Origin: an uncultured Pseudomonadota bacterium
GTDB lineage: Bacteria > Babelota > Babeliae > Babelales > CAIQNR01
Reading direction: 5' to 3'
Length of the DNA: 32,921 nucleotides
Assembly (NCBI GenBank): GCA_964547785.1
Contig: CAZJPB010000003.1
Span: 1 to 32,921 of the forward strand
Part shown: positions 17,800-26,680 of the stretch, piece by piece
Position numbering within the stretch: position 1 is the stretch's first letter
Layout: every line of letters starts with the position of its first letter
Position numbers and translations under genes: made by a program
Notes under the pieces: generated by a model
What the model was told of the DNA's origin: nothing
The model's input: the letters and a program-made list of their open reading frames with translations, nothing else
Database searches by the model: none

Positions 17800-18913
17800 A
17801 ATTTACTTCTTTTTTAAAAAACCATATATCTTCCATACCGTCACGATAACAAACAATATTTGATTCGATAATTAAATGCTCAATAAGCTTAAATTCATTG
17901 TAATAAGGTGTTTTTTTATTAAAAAGAAATTTACCCATTATTAAATTTCGATAAAAACAAATTACTCTTTTCTTTAACTCTTTTATTTTATTAAAAATAA
18001 TTATTGGAAAAATTTTTTTGATAATTATTTTATTAATTTTACTATCGTTTTCAAAAAAGATTACTTCTTTATAACATCTTTGAATAAACCTATTTACAAC
18101 AAATTCTGCATGTATATCAGAATTAATAGTTTCTTGATCAATATTTTCTATATATTTTTTTATACCTTTTTGCATTATTTTTTTATTTGATTCAAACTCA
18201 GAATCAAATAACCATGTTGTATGATATTTTTTTCCTCCAGATTCATTACTCATTTCTCTCCATCCAAATGGTAAATTTAAATATTTACTTTTTCCTTTAA
18301 AAAGAGCAAATATCGTAAATAAATTTTCATAAAATTTTCCATATTTATCAGAACCATAAAAAGCCACGTCATCTAACATAGAAACTAATATGTCTGTTCT
18401 AAAAACAGAAAGTATTGAAGTCATACTTTTTGTTAAAAAAGCATCTATACGTAAAAAAACATCATTATTATCAACTGATTTGGTTGAATGATATATTGCT
18501 GTGTAATACCAATTAATTTTATTATTAAAAAAAGTATAACCATACGTATATCCATGAACAAAAACATAAGATGGATTTTGATCAAGAAAAATTTCAGCTT
18601 TTTTAATTGTTTCTACAGAAAAAAAATCATCTACCGAAGCTAAAAGCGTATATTTTGTATCTACATATTTAATAACTGATGCAATTTTTTCACTAAATGT
18701 TGTTTCGAAAGAATAATCTATAAAAAAAGGATTAAACGAACCATTTTTTGATAAATTAATAATATTTTGTATTTCTTTTTTTGATTCTACGCAGCTTGAA
18801 TCTGCAACTAAAATTTTTCCATTAAAATTTAAAGTTTTATAAAAATCTAAAGCTCTTTTAAGATATTTCTCACTATTTTTTGTTAAAAGAATAATTGTTG
18901 TCATTACATACAT
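17786..18913 (-). CDS. Hypothetical protein with a GT-A/GT2-like N-terminal region (putative glycosyltransferase)
   Basis: 375 aa and extremely AT-rich. The N-terminus TIILLTKNSEKYLKRALDFYKTLNFNGKILVADSS and a later acidic ASVDDFF resemble the GT-A nucleotide-binding beta-strand and DxD. The remainder is unrecognisable to me. The second ATG (18904) has AGGA 9 nt upstream and may be the true start. Confidence 0.4.
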   Translation of the reverse strand: MYVMTTIILLTKNSEKYLKRALDFYKTLNFNGKILVADSSCVESKKEIQNIINLSKNGSFNPFFIDYSFETTFSEKIASVIKYVDTKYTLLASVDDFFSVETIKKAEIFLDQNPSYVFVHGYTYGYTFFNNKINWYYTAIYHSTKSVDNNDVFLRIDAFLTKSMTSILSVFRTDILVSMLDDVAFYGSDKYGKFYENLFTIFALFKGKSKYLNLPFGWREMSNESGGKKYHTTWLFDSEFESNKKIMQKGIKKYIENIDQETINSDIHAEFVVNRFIQRCYKEVIFFENDSKINKIIIKKIFPIIIFNKIKELKKRVICFYRNLIMGKFLFNKKTPYYNEFKLIEHLIIESNIVCYRDGMEDIWFFKKEVNYEKL

Positions 18914-18933
18914 TCCTATTGATTTTTTAAAAA

Positions 18934-19683
18934 CTATTCAATTTCTTGTAAATACAAAGAATAACCATTGTGAACATTACCAATAAAAAGTTGTTTGCCA
19001 TGATTAAGAATAAGTACCTTATTGCAAAGTCGTTTAATAGCTAATACATTATGAGAAACAAATATAATAGTTCTTCCAGCCTTGCTAATTTGATGCATTG
19101 AATCCAAACATTTTTTTTCAAATTCATAATCGCCTACTGCAAGAACTTCATCGATTAATAAAATTTCTGGTTGTAAATGGGCCGCAATTGAATAAGCAAG
19201 TCGTAATCTCATTCCTGATGAATATTTTTTAACCGGTGTTTCTAAAAACTGTTCTACTCCTGCAAAAGCAACAATTTCATCAAATTGTTTAGTAATTTCC
19301 CAACGCTTCATACCTAAAATAATACCGCTTAAATAAATGTTTTCTCGTCCACTAAGTTCCGCATGAAAACCAGTGCCAACTTCTAGCATGCTTGCAACAC
19401 GGCCACGAATAATTGCTTTGCCACTGGTAGGAGCGACTATTTTACTTAAAATTTTTAAAAGTGTACTTTTTCCAGAACCATTTTTACCGATAATTCCTAA
19501 AACTTCCCCTTCTTCTACGTCAAACGAAATATCATCAAGTGCTTTAAAAGCAGTTTTTTGTACAGATGGTTTAAAAAATGATGTTGCTTGCGAAAGCAAA
19601 AGCTCACGAAAACTCATTTCTGATTCTTTGTAGGCCTCGACAAAATAGGTTTTTGAAAGATTTTGTACTTCTATTCTTTTCAT
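18934..19683 (-). CDS. wzt: Polysaccharide ABC exporter ATP-binding protein (Wzt/TagH-type, nucleotide-binding domain only)
   Basis: 249 aa. It has Walker A GKNGSGKST, signature YSSGMRLRLAYS, Walker B LLIDEVLAVGD and H-loop VSHN. It also has the N-terminal SFRELL...FKALDDISF pattern typical of Wzt/KpsT/TagH. No C-terminal carbohydrate-binding extension is present. Confidence 0.9.
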   Translation of the reverse strand: MKRIEVQNLSKTYFVEAYKESEMSFRELLLSQATSFFKPSVQKTAFKALDDISFDVEEGEVLGIIGKNGSGKSTLLKILSKIVAPTSGKAIIRGRVASMLEVGTGFHAELSGRENIYLSGIILGMKRWEITKQFDEIVAFAGVEQFLETPVKKYSSGMRLRLAYSIAAHLQPEILLIDEVLAVGDYEFEKKCLDSMHQISKAGRTIIFVSHNVLAIKRLCNKVLILNHGKQLFIGNVHNGYSLYLQEIE

Positions 19684-19690
19684 AGGTTAC

Positions 19691-20506
19691 TCAAATAAGA
19701 TCCGCAAATGTTTCTTCTGATTTTTTAAAATATAAAATACTGATTATTCCTAGTAGTAAAGTCATTGCTAATGAAATTCCTATCACAGGCCAATACAATG
19801 TTTCTGCTAATAAACAATAACGAAAACCATTAATAATGCCCGTTAAAGGATTTAAAGCAATAATAAAATGTAAATTTTTTGGAATCATTGCAAGACTAAA
19901 TCCAACGGGAGTTATATAAATTCCAAGCTGCACAACAAAAGGAACAATGTGCCTAAAGTCACGATATTGCACAATAAGAGATGCAAACAAAAGACTTATA
20001 GAAAAAGAAAAGACCGCTAACCATGCCATAAAAAGTGGCAATAATACAATATTTACTAACGGCACAATACCGTAACGAAAAAAAGACAGCGCTGTGTAAA
20101 ATAAAAAAGCTATTGAAAAATCAACAAGACTACACAAAATACGACTAGCAGGAAGCATGATCCGAGGAAAATATACTTTAGAAATAAGTTGAACATTATT
20201 AACAAAGCTCATGCTTGCATAGGTAAACGTATCGGCAAAAAATTGCCACACCAACATTGCAGAAAATATTACTAAAGGATAAGGCGCTTGAGTGCTTGGA
20301 ATATGCGCAATACGACTAAAAATAATCGTAAAAATAATCACGGTGAGCAAAGGACGAATGATGACCCACAGTATGCCAATACTTGTCTGTTTGTATTGGA
20401 CCAAGATATCTCGCCAACCTAAAAATAAAAGTACATCTTTGTAATCAAAAAACTCTTGAAAAAATGATTTCCAAGTTTTATGAGAAGTAATAATTGTTTC
20501 ATTCAT
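19691..20506 (-). CDS. wzm: ABC-2 type polysaccharide exporter permease (Wzm/TagG-type)
   Basis: It has the typical WRDILVQYKQTSIGILWVIIRPLL motif and six hydrophobic helices. I prefer the start MNETIITSHK (ATG 20506, 271 aa). The track's longer ORF (to 20551) would add a 15-aa leader lying inside the GT4 fragment. Confidence 0.88.
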   Translation of the reverse strand: MNETIITSHKTWKSFFQEFFDYKDVLLFLGWRDILVQYKQTSIGILWVIIRPLLTVIIFTIIFSRIAHIPSTQAPYPLVIFSAMLVWQFFADTFTYASMSFVNNVQLISKVYFPRIMLPASRILCSLVDFSIAFLFYTALSFFRYGIVPLVNIVLLPLFMAWLAVFSFSISLLFASLIVQYRDFRHIVPFVVQLGIYITPVGFSLAMIPKNLHFIIALNPLTGIINGFRYCLLAETLYWPVIGISLAMTLLLGIISILYFKKSEETFADLI

Positions 20507-21128
20507 AATAATAACTTTTTTGTATGCTTTCAGGATTAAAAACAAGAACATTTACACCATTTGGATTGACCAAAATTTTATCTTCTCTTGTTCCTTTCAC
20601 AACAAGTTCATCTTTTAAAACTTGCGACACAACTACAATATAATCAGCATATTTTGTATTAATTTTTTCAATTACATACAAAAACCATACACCTTGCATA
20701 TATTTTTTATTTTTAATCCAACGTGATGCAATCCATGCTTCTGATCCATTGTATTCAAGAATGAATTTTTTGTTATACCACCACGCGAGCAAAAGACCTG
20801 TCATATTCAACAAACTGTAACGCTGATAGATCGCTGCTAGAGAATACTCTTTGCATAAACTGCGCGCCTGAAAGAAAAAGAAAAACGTTGAAAAAAAAGA
20901 ATTTAATTTCCAACGTAAAGGCTTGAGCCATGCAGGATTTGCAAGTTTTATTACTTTTTCTAGCGGTACTTGTTTCAGCACTGAATCCAGGCAAGAAGAA
21001 GCACAGACTATCGAAAAACCTTCATCACAAAACCCTTGCATAACGCCTAAAGTATGCGCAACGGATCCTCCTGCTGTAAGCTCTTGATCAGCAATATCAG
21101 TACGCAAATAGAGAATTACTTTTTTCAT
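20499..21128 (-). CDS. GT4 glycosyltransferase N-terminal (acceptor) domain only; apparent 5' half of a split gene
   Basis: I prefer the start MKKVILYL (ATG 21128-21126), which forms an ATGA overlap with the asnB-like stop. LTAGGSVAHTLGVMQGFCDEGFSIVCAS is the classic GT4 N-domain opening. The ORF ends ...ILVNPNGVNVLVFNP ESIQKSYYYE*, just after the inter-domain NGVD..F.P motif. No donor domain is present. The stop overlaps the wzm start by 8 nt. Confidence 0.75.
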   Translation of the reverse strand: MKKVILYLRTDIADQELTAGGSVAHTLGVMQGFCDEGFSIVCASSCLDSVLKQVPLEKVIKLANPAWLKPLRWKLNSFFSTFFFFFQARSLCKEYSLAAIYQRYSLLNMTGLLLAWWYNKKFILEYNGSEAWIASRWIKNKKYMQGVWFLYVIEKINTKYADYIVVVSQVLKDELVVKGTREDKILVNPNGVNVLVFNPESIQKSYYYE

Positions 21129-23080
21129 CCAAGCACTCCGGTTTGAATAACATTTTGTAAAGCCCATAATTGCGTTGTATAATTACGCGATGCTGATTGG
21201 GTATGACGCAATATTGATTCAACCTCTTTTTTTTCAAATAACTGTTCAAGCGAATCTTTTTTAGTTGCTAAAAGATCAAGAAAATATTCTTTAAAATAGA
21301 CGCCTTCTTTAAACCAACGAGTCGTTGGAGCGGAAAATCCAATTTTTTTTCTATAAATAATATCATCTGGCAAAATGCCTTCACAAGCTTTTTTAAGAAT
21401 ATATTTTGTGACACCATGCTTGTATTTAAGGCTACTTGACACTTGAAAAGCAAATTCAACATGAGCATGATCCAAAAAAGGAACACGCCCTTCAACCGAT
21501 GTAGCCATCGTCATTTTATCAACACGCATCAATAAAAGCTCTGGAAGGCGTTGCTTGAATTCTAAATATATCATCGATTGTAAAAAATCAGCTTCAGGCT
21601 TTTTTTCGTATAATTTTTTTAGATGATATTCGACAATTGCATAACTATCAGCTTGCTGGCGCATTCCTGGATATATTTTTTCAATAAAAGGATCATACGC
21701 ATGATCATCACAAGAGACCAACAAATCTCGCTTCGCTTTTTCTGAAAATGCAATCGCGCCAGTCCAAAACATATGTTGATTGCCAGCCCACTGATGCAAA
21801 AAGGATAAATATTGTTTTTTTGCAGGAAACATTTTTGCAGCGAGCCATACGCCAGCTTTTTTAACTGTTTGCGGCAAAAACTGTGTTGGCTGGTAATAAC
21901 GATTATAGGCATTTATATACTGCGCATAACTTTGATATCCGCAATAGAGTTCATCCGAGCCTTCTCCAACTTGCACAACCGTGACACCCTGCTCTTTTAA
22001 TAATTTAGAAACATAATAAAGCGGAATGCAGACAGGATCGGCAAGTGGCTCATCTTGGTGATAAACCATCTTCTGGAAAAAATCAAAAGCATCTTTTTCT
22101 GAAATCACTAATTCATGATGATTAGTATTGAATAATTTTGAAACCTTTTTTGCCCACAAACTTTCGCTATATTCAGGACCATCAGAAAAAGAAATATTAA
22201 ATGTTTGCACGTTATCGGTATATCGTGACATTAATGCTGTGATTAAACTCGAATCAATGCCGCCAGACAGAAAGACTCCGTAAGGAACGTCAGAAATAAG
22301 TCGCTTTTCTACGGCTGCAGTTAATAATTCTTGAATCTTTGATATACAAAAAGACTCATTTGCAAGATCTTTTTGTGCGTAAGTGATAGCAGGAACTAAA
22401 GGATTATACCATTCATGAAATGTTAATTCTTTTTTGCTATCGATTTTTACGTACATTCCTGCAGGTAGTTTATAGACACCTTTATATAATGTGTAAGGAG
22501 CCGGTGTTACTAAAAAAGTTAAGTAATGATACAAAGCTTGATGATTCACCGTTTTCTGCATCCAGGGCAGTTGCCATAACGCTTTTATTTCTGAACCAAA
22601 ACTTAAATAATCATCATTTACCGCAAAATACAACGGCTTAACACCAATGCGATCACGAACAAAGAACCATTCATTCGTTAAAAAATTTCCAAGGACTGCC
22701 GCAAACATACCTTCTAATCTATCAAGGCACGCAATACCCCATTCTTTAAATGCGCACAAAAAGACTTCTGTATCTGATTGCGTTTTAAAATGATGACCAC
22801 GAACCTCAAGTTCAGTACGTAATTTTTTATAATTATAAATTTCACCATTAAACGTAATGACCACTGTTTTATTTGCATCAAACATCGGCTGCATCGCATT
22901 ATCAGAAAGATCAATAATACTTAAACGTTGGAAAACTAGTGCGATTTTTTGTTGATTGTCGATCCATACTTTTTGTCCATCAGGACCGCGATGATTAATG
23001 CAAGATCCCATAGATCGCAAAAGATGTTCATCACTCAAAAATTGATCTTTTAAAGCTATGTATCCAGCAAAACCGCACAT
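21125..23080 (-). CDS. asnB: Asparagine synthase (glutamine-hydrolysing)-family amidotransferase, glycan-locus paralogue (WbpS-like)
   Basis: 651 aa. It has the N-terminal nucleophile MCGFAGY, the GATase-2 domain (RGPDGQ, FNGEIYN) and the synthetase PP-loop VFLSGGIDSS. Its position in a glycan locus suggests uronic-acid amidation rather than housekeeping Asn synthesis. Confidence 0.88.
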   Translation of the reverse strand: MCGFAGYIALKDQFLSDEHLLRSMGSCINHRGPDGQKVWIDNQQKIALVFQRLSIIDLSDNAMQPMFDANKTVVITFNGEIYNYKKLRTELEVRGHHFKTQSDTEVFLCAFKEWGIACLDRLEGMFAAVLGNFLTNEWFFVRDRIGVKPLYFAVNDDYLSFGSEIKALWQLPWMQKTVNHQALYHYLTFLVTPAPYTLYKGVYKLPAGMYVKIDSKKELTFHEWYNPLVPAITYAQKDLANESFCISKIQELLTAAVEKRLISDVPYGVFLSGGIDSSLITALMSRYTDNVQTFNISFSDGPEYSESLWAKKVSKLFNTNHHELVISEKDAFDFFQKMVYHQDEPLADPVCIPLYYVSKLLKEQGVTVVQVGEGSDELYCGYQSYAQYINAYNRYYQPTQFLPQTVKKAGVWLAAKMFPAKKQYLSFLHQWAGNQHMFWTGAIAFSEKAKRDLLVSCDDHAYDPFIEKIYPGMRQQADSYAIVEYHLKKLYEKKPEADFLQSMIYLEFKQRLPELLLMRVDKMTMATSVEGRVPFLDHAHVEFAFQVSSSLKYKHGVTKYILKKACEGILPDDIIYRKKIGFSAPTTRWFKEGVYFKEYFLDLLATKKDSLEQLFEKKEVESILRHTQSASRNYTTQLWALQNVIQTGVLG

Positions 23081-23153
23081 TATGAATATCCTTTTTTAGC
23101 ATCATTACTTTCCTTAGATCTATACCGTTTATAAAATTTGTACAGATTTATAT

Positions 23154-25325
23154 TCATAAAACAAGTTGCTTATCTCCTCCGCCTTTGCAAGCAAGTTCAT
23201 CAATAATCAATGTTAATTTTGCAACATGATCGAGCCTCTCTAAGCTGATAGGCATACTTCCATCTTTTCGCAAAATGCCATCAAAAAACTTTTCGAGTAA
23301 TATTTTGTGACCTTTGTCAGGAAAGCTTGCATTTTCGTTAAACGAATGGGAAACTCCAAAACTTTGCAATGTTTTGTAATCATCTAACACAATAGACTTG
23401 CCATCATAAAAGACCTCCATACGCTCTTTCCCTAATGATGCATGCCCTAAAGCTGTATACAAAAGCGAACAAACAGATCCATCAGCAAAACTAATTTGTA
23501 CAGAAAAATTGTCGGTTGGAAACAAGTCATCACTCTTTGGCTTTAAAGATTCAACAGAAACTGAGACGGGCAAAGCTCCAATTAAAAAATAAAATAAATC
23601 AAAAATATGACAGGCTTCTCCGATAATTCTTCCAGCACCAAGTTCTGTCTGGGTCCAATGATCGCGTGATATATAGCCAACATTCATACGATAATGAATA
23701 ATTGCAGGAGATTTTCTTGCAACGAGCTCCCACTTTATTTTTTGCATAAAAGGGGCAAAGGATCGGTTATAATCAACACACAAAGGAAGATGTGGATTAT
23801 TTTTAAAAAATGCATGCATTTTTTCGTATTGCTCAAACGTCGTGACTAAAGGTTTTTCAAGAAAAACTGCTTTGCCTTGCGAAAGTGCCTCTAATGCTTG
23901 ATCGCAATGATATTTATGCGGAGATGCTATAACTAATGCGTCAATCAAGTCATCCTTGAATAATGCGTAAGGATCTGTAAGCGCGATTGCCGCATTATAC
24001 GTTCTTCGTACATTTTCTGCATTTGTAATATCTGTATCAACAATTGCAGAAATTTTGGTACCACGAATTTTTGAAACTAACGGAAGTAATTTTACCTTAG
24101 AAAAGCCACCGGCTCCTAAAAATCCAATTTTTAAAGGTTTCTTTAATGTTGCATCAAATGAAAAATGTTTTTGCGGTAAAGCTGCTTTACTGGCAGGAAC
24201 AAAGGCAATATCTTCTTTTGGCGTATAGCGCAAAATCACTCCAAGAGCCTTTCTTGCCGTAATGAGATCATATGCTTTTTCAACTTCATTAATATGGAAT
24301 TCATGCGATGCAAACAAATTAACTGCTAATTTTTTTTGTTTAAGCAAATCAATGATAGCTTCCATATTTCTATTTTCTGTCCAACGAACATAATCGTACG
24401 GATAGTCTTTCCCTTCCAATTCATATGCTGTATCGTAACGCCCTGGACCATAAGAACATGAAATTAAAAAATCAATTTCTTTTTTATACAAAGGATTTCT
24501 TTGCAAATGCAATCCAACATCACCAACAACGACAACACGACCTTTTCTGCGCGTTACTTCCATCGCTTGTTGCACAATATCACTACTTGGAGTTGCTGCA
24601 GTAATGAGGACACAATCAACACCACGATGTTGCGTTAAAAAATTCATATCTTTTTCAAATGACTCACTATCAGCTCTAAAAACATGATCTGCTCCCACTT
24701 GCAAACCTAAGGCAAGCCGATCATCAAGCAAATCAACACCAATTGTTTTGCAACCAGATTGTTTTGCAAGTTGTAACGTAATTTGACCAAGAAGGCCTAA
24801 ACCCATTACACAAACAGATTCGCCTAATTGCAATTGCGCACGACGAATTCCTTGCAATGCTATCGCGCCAATCGTTGTAATACTCGCTTCTTTAATAATG
24901 GTATGATCATTGACAAGTGCAACAAGATTTTCTGGAACACACACAACATCAGCATGATTAGCCCATCCAGCGCCAGCACAAGCAACAAAATCACCTGTTC
25001 TAAATCTAGTAACTTTCTTACCAACCGCAAGCACTTTTCCTGAACAAGAATACCCTAAAGTCTGCAACTGTCCTTTTAATTTACCTTTTATTAAAGCGTG
25101 AGTTCCTTCGATGCCATGCGTTGTTAATGATTGCAAAACAGCTTTTATTTTTTGCGGAACATTACTAAAAAGAGTACTGCGTTGTGCATTAGTAATCGTT
25201 GCAGCTTCTGTTCCTGAACTAATAAATGAATAATGAACAGATATTAAAACTGATCGATCATCTAACAAAGGTTGCGCAACATCTTGCACAACGAGTGCAC
25301 CTTTTTCTAAAAATACTTGTCTCAT
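23154..25325 (-). CDS. Bi-domain oxidoreductase: N-terminal MDR/alcohol-dehydrogenase-like domain fused to C-terminal Gfo/Idh/MocA domain
   Basis: 723 aa. Residues 1-~370 carry FISSGTE, GYSCSGKVLAVG and the Rossmann motif VCVMGLGLLGQITLQLA. Residues ~395-723 carry LKIGFLGAGGFSKVKLLP, EKPL and a dimerisation domain typical of Gfo/Idh/MocA. Confidence 0.8.
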   Translation of the reverse strand: MRQVFLEKGALVVQDVAQPLLDDRSVLISVHYSFISSGTEAATITNAQRSTLFSNVPQKIKAVLQSLTTHGIEGTHALIKGKLKGQLQTLGYSCSGKVLAVGKKVTRFRTGDFVACAGAGWANHADVVCVPENLVALVNDHTIIKEASITTIGAIALQGIRRAQLQLGESVCVMGLGLLGQITLQLAKQSGCKTIGVDLLDDRLALGLQVGADHVFRADSESFEKDMNFLTQHRGVDCVLITAATPSSDIVQQAMEVTRRKGRVVVVGDVGLHLQRNPLYKKEIDFLISCSYGPGRYDTAYELEGKDYPYDYVRWTENRNMEAIIDLLKQKKLAVNLFASHEFHINEVEKAYDLITARKALGVILRYTPKEDIAFVPASKAALPQKHFSFDATLKKPLKIGFLGAGGFSKVKLLPLVSKIRGTKISAIVDTDITNAENVRRTYNAAIALTDPYALFKDDLIDALVIASPHKYHCDQALEALSQGKAVFLEKPLVTTFEQYEKMHAFFKNNPHLPLCVDYNRSFAPFMQKIKWELVARKSPAIIHYRMNVGYISRDHWTQTELGAGRIIGEACHIFDLFYFLIGALPVSVSVESLKPKSDDLFPTDNFSVQISFADGSVCSLLYTALGHASLGKERMEVFYDGKSIVLDDYKTLQSFGVSHSFNENASFPDKGHKILLEKFFDGILRKDGSMPISLERLDHVAKLTLIIDELACKGGGDKQLVL

Positions 25326-26680
25326 GTACTTTGCTCACTTTCGTTACGCGAACGGATAGATTGTGTTTTTTGTGATGAAAAAAAATTATCATATTCGGTA
25401 CTACGCACTGCCCAAAAAAATTGTTCTTGTGTTGCAGATTGTGTATGCGGCGTATAAAACAATCCACAAAAATCGAGTGTTTTTTTATGTGCTATTATTT
25501 TTTTATCTATTGTTTTAAAAACAGAATGGCCAACCAATGTTACCAATAGATCAGCTTTTTGGGTTCCTTCTTCTAAAGTAACAGCATATGATGAAAGATA
25601 TTTATTCCAAAATTTTGTCGCAACATACGGCTCACAAATCATAAGATTAATACCTGATTCTTTGAGTAATGATAACGCAATCGTTACCGCAGGAGATTCT
25701 CGCAAATCATCAATATCCGGTTTATACGTCATTCCAAGCAATAGAAGCGTACATGAATCTTTTTGATGTTCTTTTTTCCACTGCTGCACAGTATGTTTAA
25801 TAGTATCTAAAATTTCTAAAGGCCGATGGTCATTCACTAAACGCGCTTCTTTTAATAATGTCGTTGCTGCGGGAAATGTTTGAATCAAAAACCAAGGATC
25901 TACTGCTAAACAATGTCCACCAACTCCTGCAGTAGGTTTTAAAACATTCACGCGTGGATGCTTATTTGCAAGTTCAATAAGTTCATAAGGATCTATGCCA
26001 GCTGCTTTTGACATAGAAGCTATTTGATGGGCAAATGCAATATTAACATCTCGATAACTATTTTCTACAAGTTTTGTCATCTCAGCAATTTCTGCCGTTG
26101 TTAAATATAAATCACCACTTACAAAATATTTATAAAATGTCGCTACGTGTTGCGTAGATCCTTTATCAAGACCACCAATAATACGATCATTTACTTTTAA
26201 TTCTTTAAAAATATTTCCAGGAAGTACTCGCTCAGGACAATGTGCTATAAAAAAATCTTCACCAGCAATAAGACCAGTTTTTGCAGCTAACATTGTAGCT
26301 AATGTCTGCGTAGTTCCGACAGGGACTGTTGATTCAAGAATAACTGTATCACCTTTTTTTAAAACACCGGCAATCGATTTTGTTGCAGCATACACATATG
26401 AAAGATCAGCTTTTTTGTCATCAGTAAAAGGAGTAGGAACAGCTATAATAAAAAAATCTGCAGATTCATATACTGTTGTTGCATAAAAATGTTCTGTATT
26501 TAAAACTTCTTGCAAATGTTCAGTAATTTCTGGCTCTTGAATAATAGGGCAGCATCGATTAATACAGTCAATTATTTCTTCATTAATATCAATACCAACA
26601 ACGTTAAGACCTGCTTGCGCTGCAATAATTGCTGTAGGAAGTCCAATATATCCAAGCCCTACGACACATACCTTTTTCAT
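25322..26680 (-). CDS. wecC: UDP-N-acetyl-D-mannosamine dehydrogenase (WecC/Cap5O-type nucleotide-sugar dehydrogenase)
   Basis: 452 aa. It has VCVVGLGYIGLPTAIIAAQAG and the catalytic-Cys region GVGGHCLAVDP, and is 4-nt coupled to wecB upstream. A C-terminal tail of about 40 aa (SATQEQFFWAVRSTEYDNFFSSQKTQSIRSRNESEQST) has no counterpart I recognise. Confidence 0.85.
   Translation of the reverse strand: MKKVCVVGLGYIGLPTAIIAAQAGLNVVGIDINEEIIDCINRCCPIIQEPEITEHLQEVLNTEHFYATTVYESADFFIIAVPTPFTDDKKADLSYVYAATKSIAGVLKKGDTVILESTVPVGTTQTLATMLAAKTGLIAGEDFFIAHCPERVLPGNIFKELKVNDRIIGGLDKGSTQHVATFYKYFVSGDLYLTTAEIAEMTKLVENSYRDVNIAFAHQIASMSKAAGIDPYELIELANKHPRVNVLKPTAGVGGHCLAVDPWFLIQTFPAATTLLKEARLVNDHRPLEILDTIKHTVQQWKKEHQKDSCTLLLLGMTYKPDIDDLRESPAVTIALSLLKESGINLMICEPYVATKFWNKYLSSYAVTLEEGTQKADLLVTLVGHSVFKTIDKKIIAHKKTLDFCGLFYTPHTQSATQEQFFWAVRSTEYDNFFSSQKTQSIRSRNESEQST

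Noticed and set aside
18934-19683. Looked for a C-terminal carbohydrate-binding module on Wzt, which would tie the methyltransferases to chain-terminator recognition
   Set aside because: The ORF ends about 20 residues after the H-loop region, at 249 aa. There is no room for such a domain, and no separate small ORF follows.
8303-20510. Target-site duplication, inverted repeats, an integrase or an IS element at the two junctions of the putative inserted cassette
   Set aside because: By eye, only trivial A-rich similarity is shared between the junctions (AAAAAAG). No transposase or integrase ORF lies in or next to the cassette. The insertion is therefore inferred from the split gene alone, not from mobile-element hallmarks.
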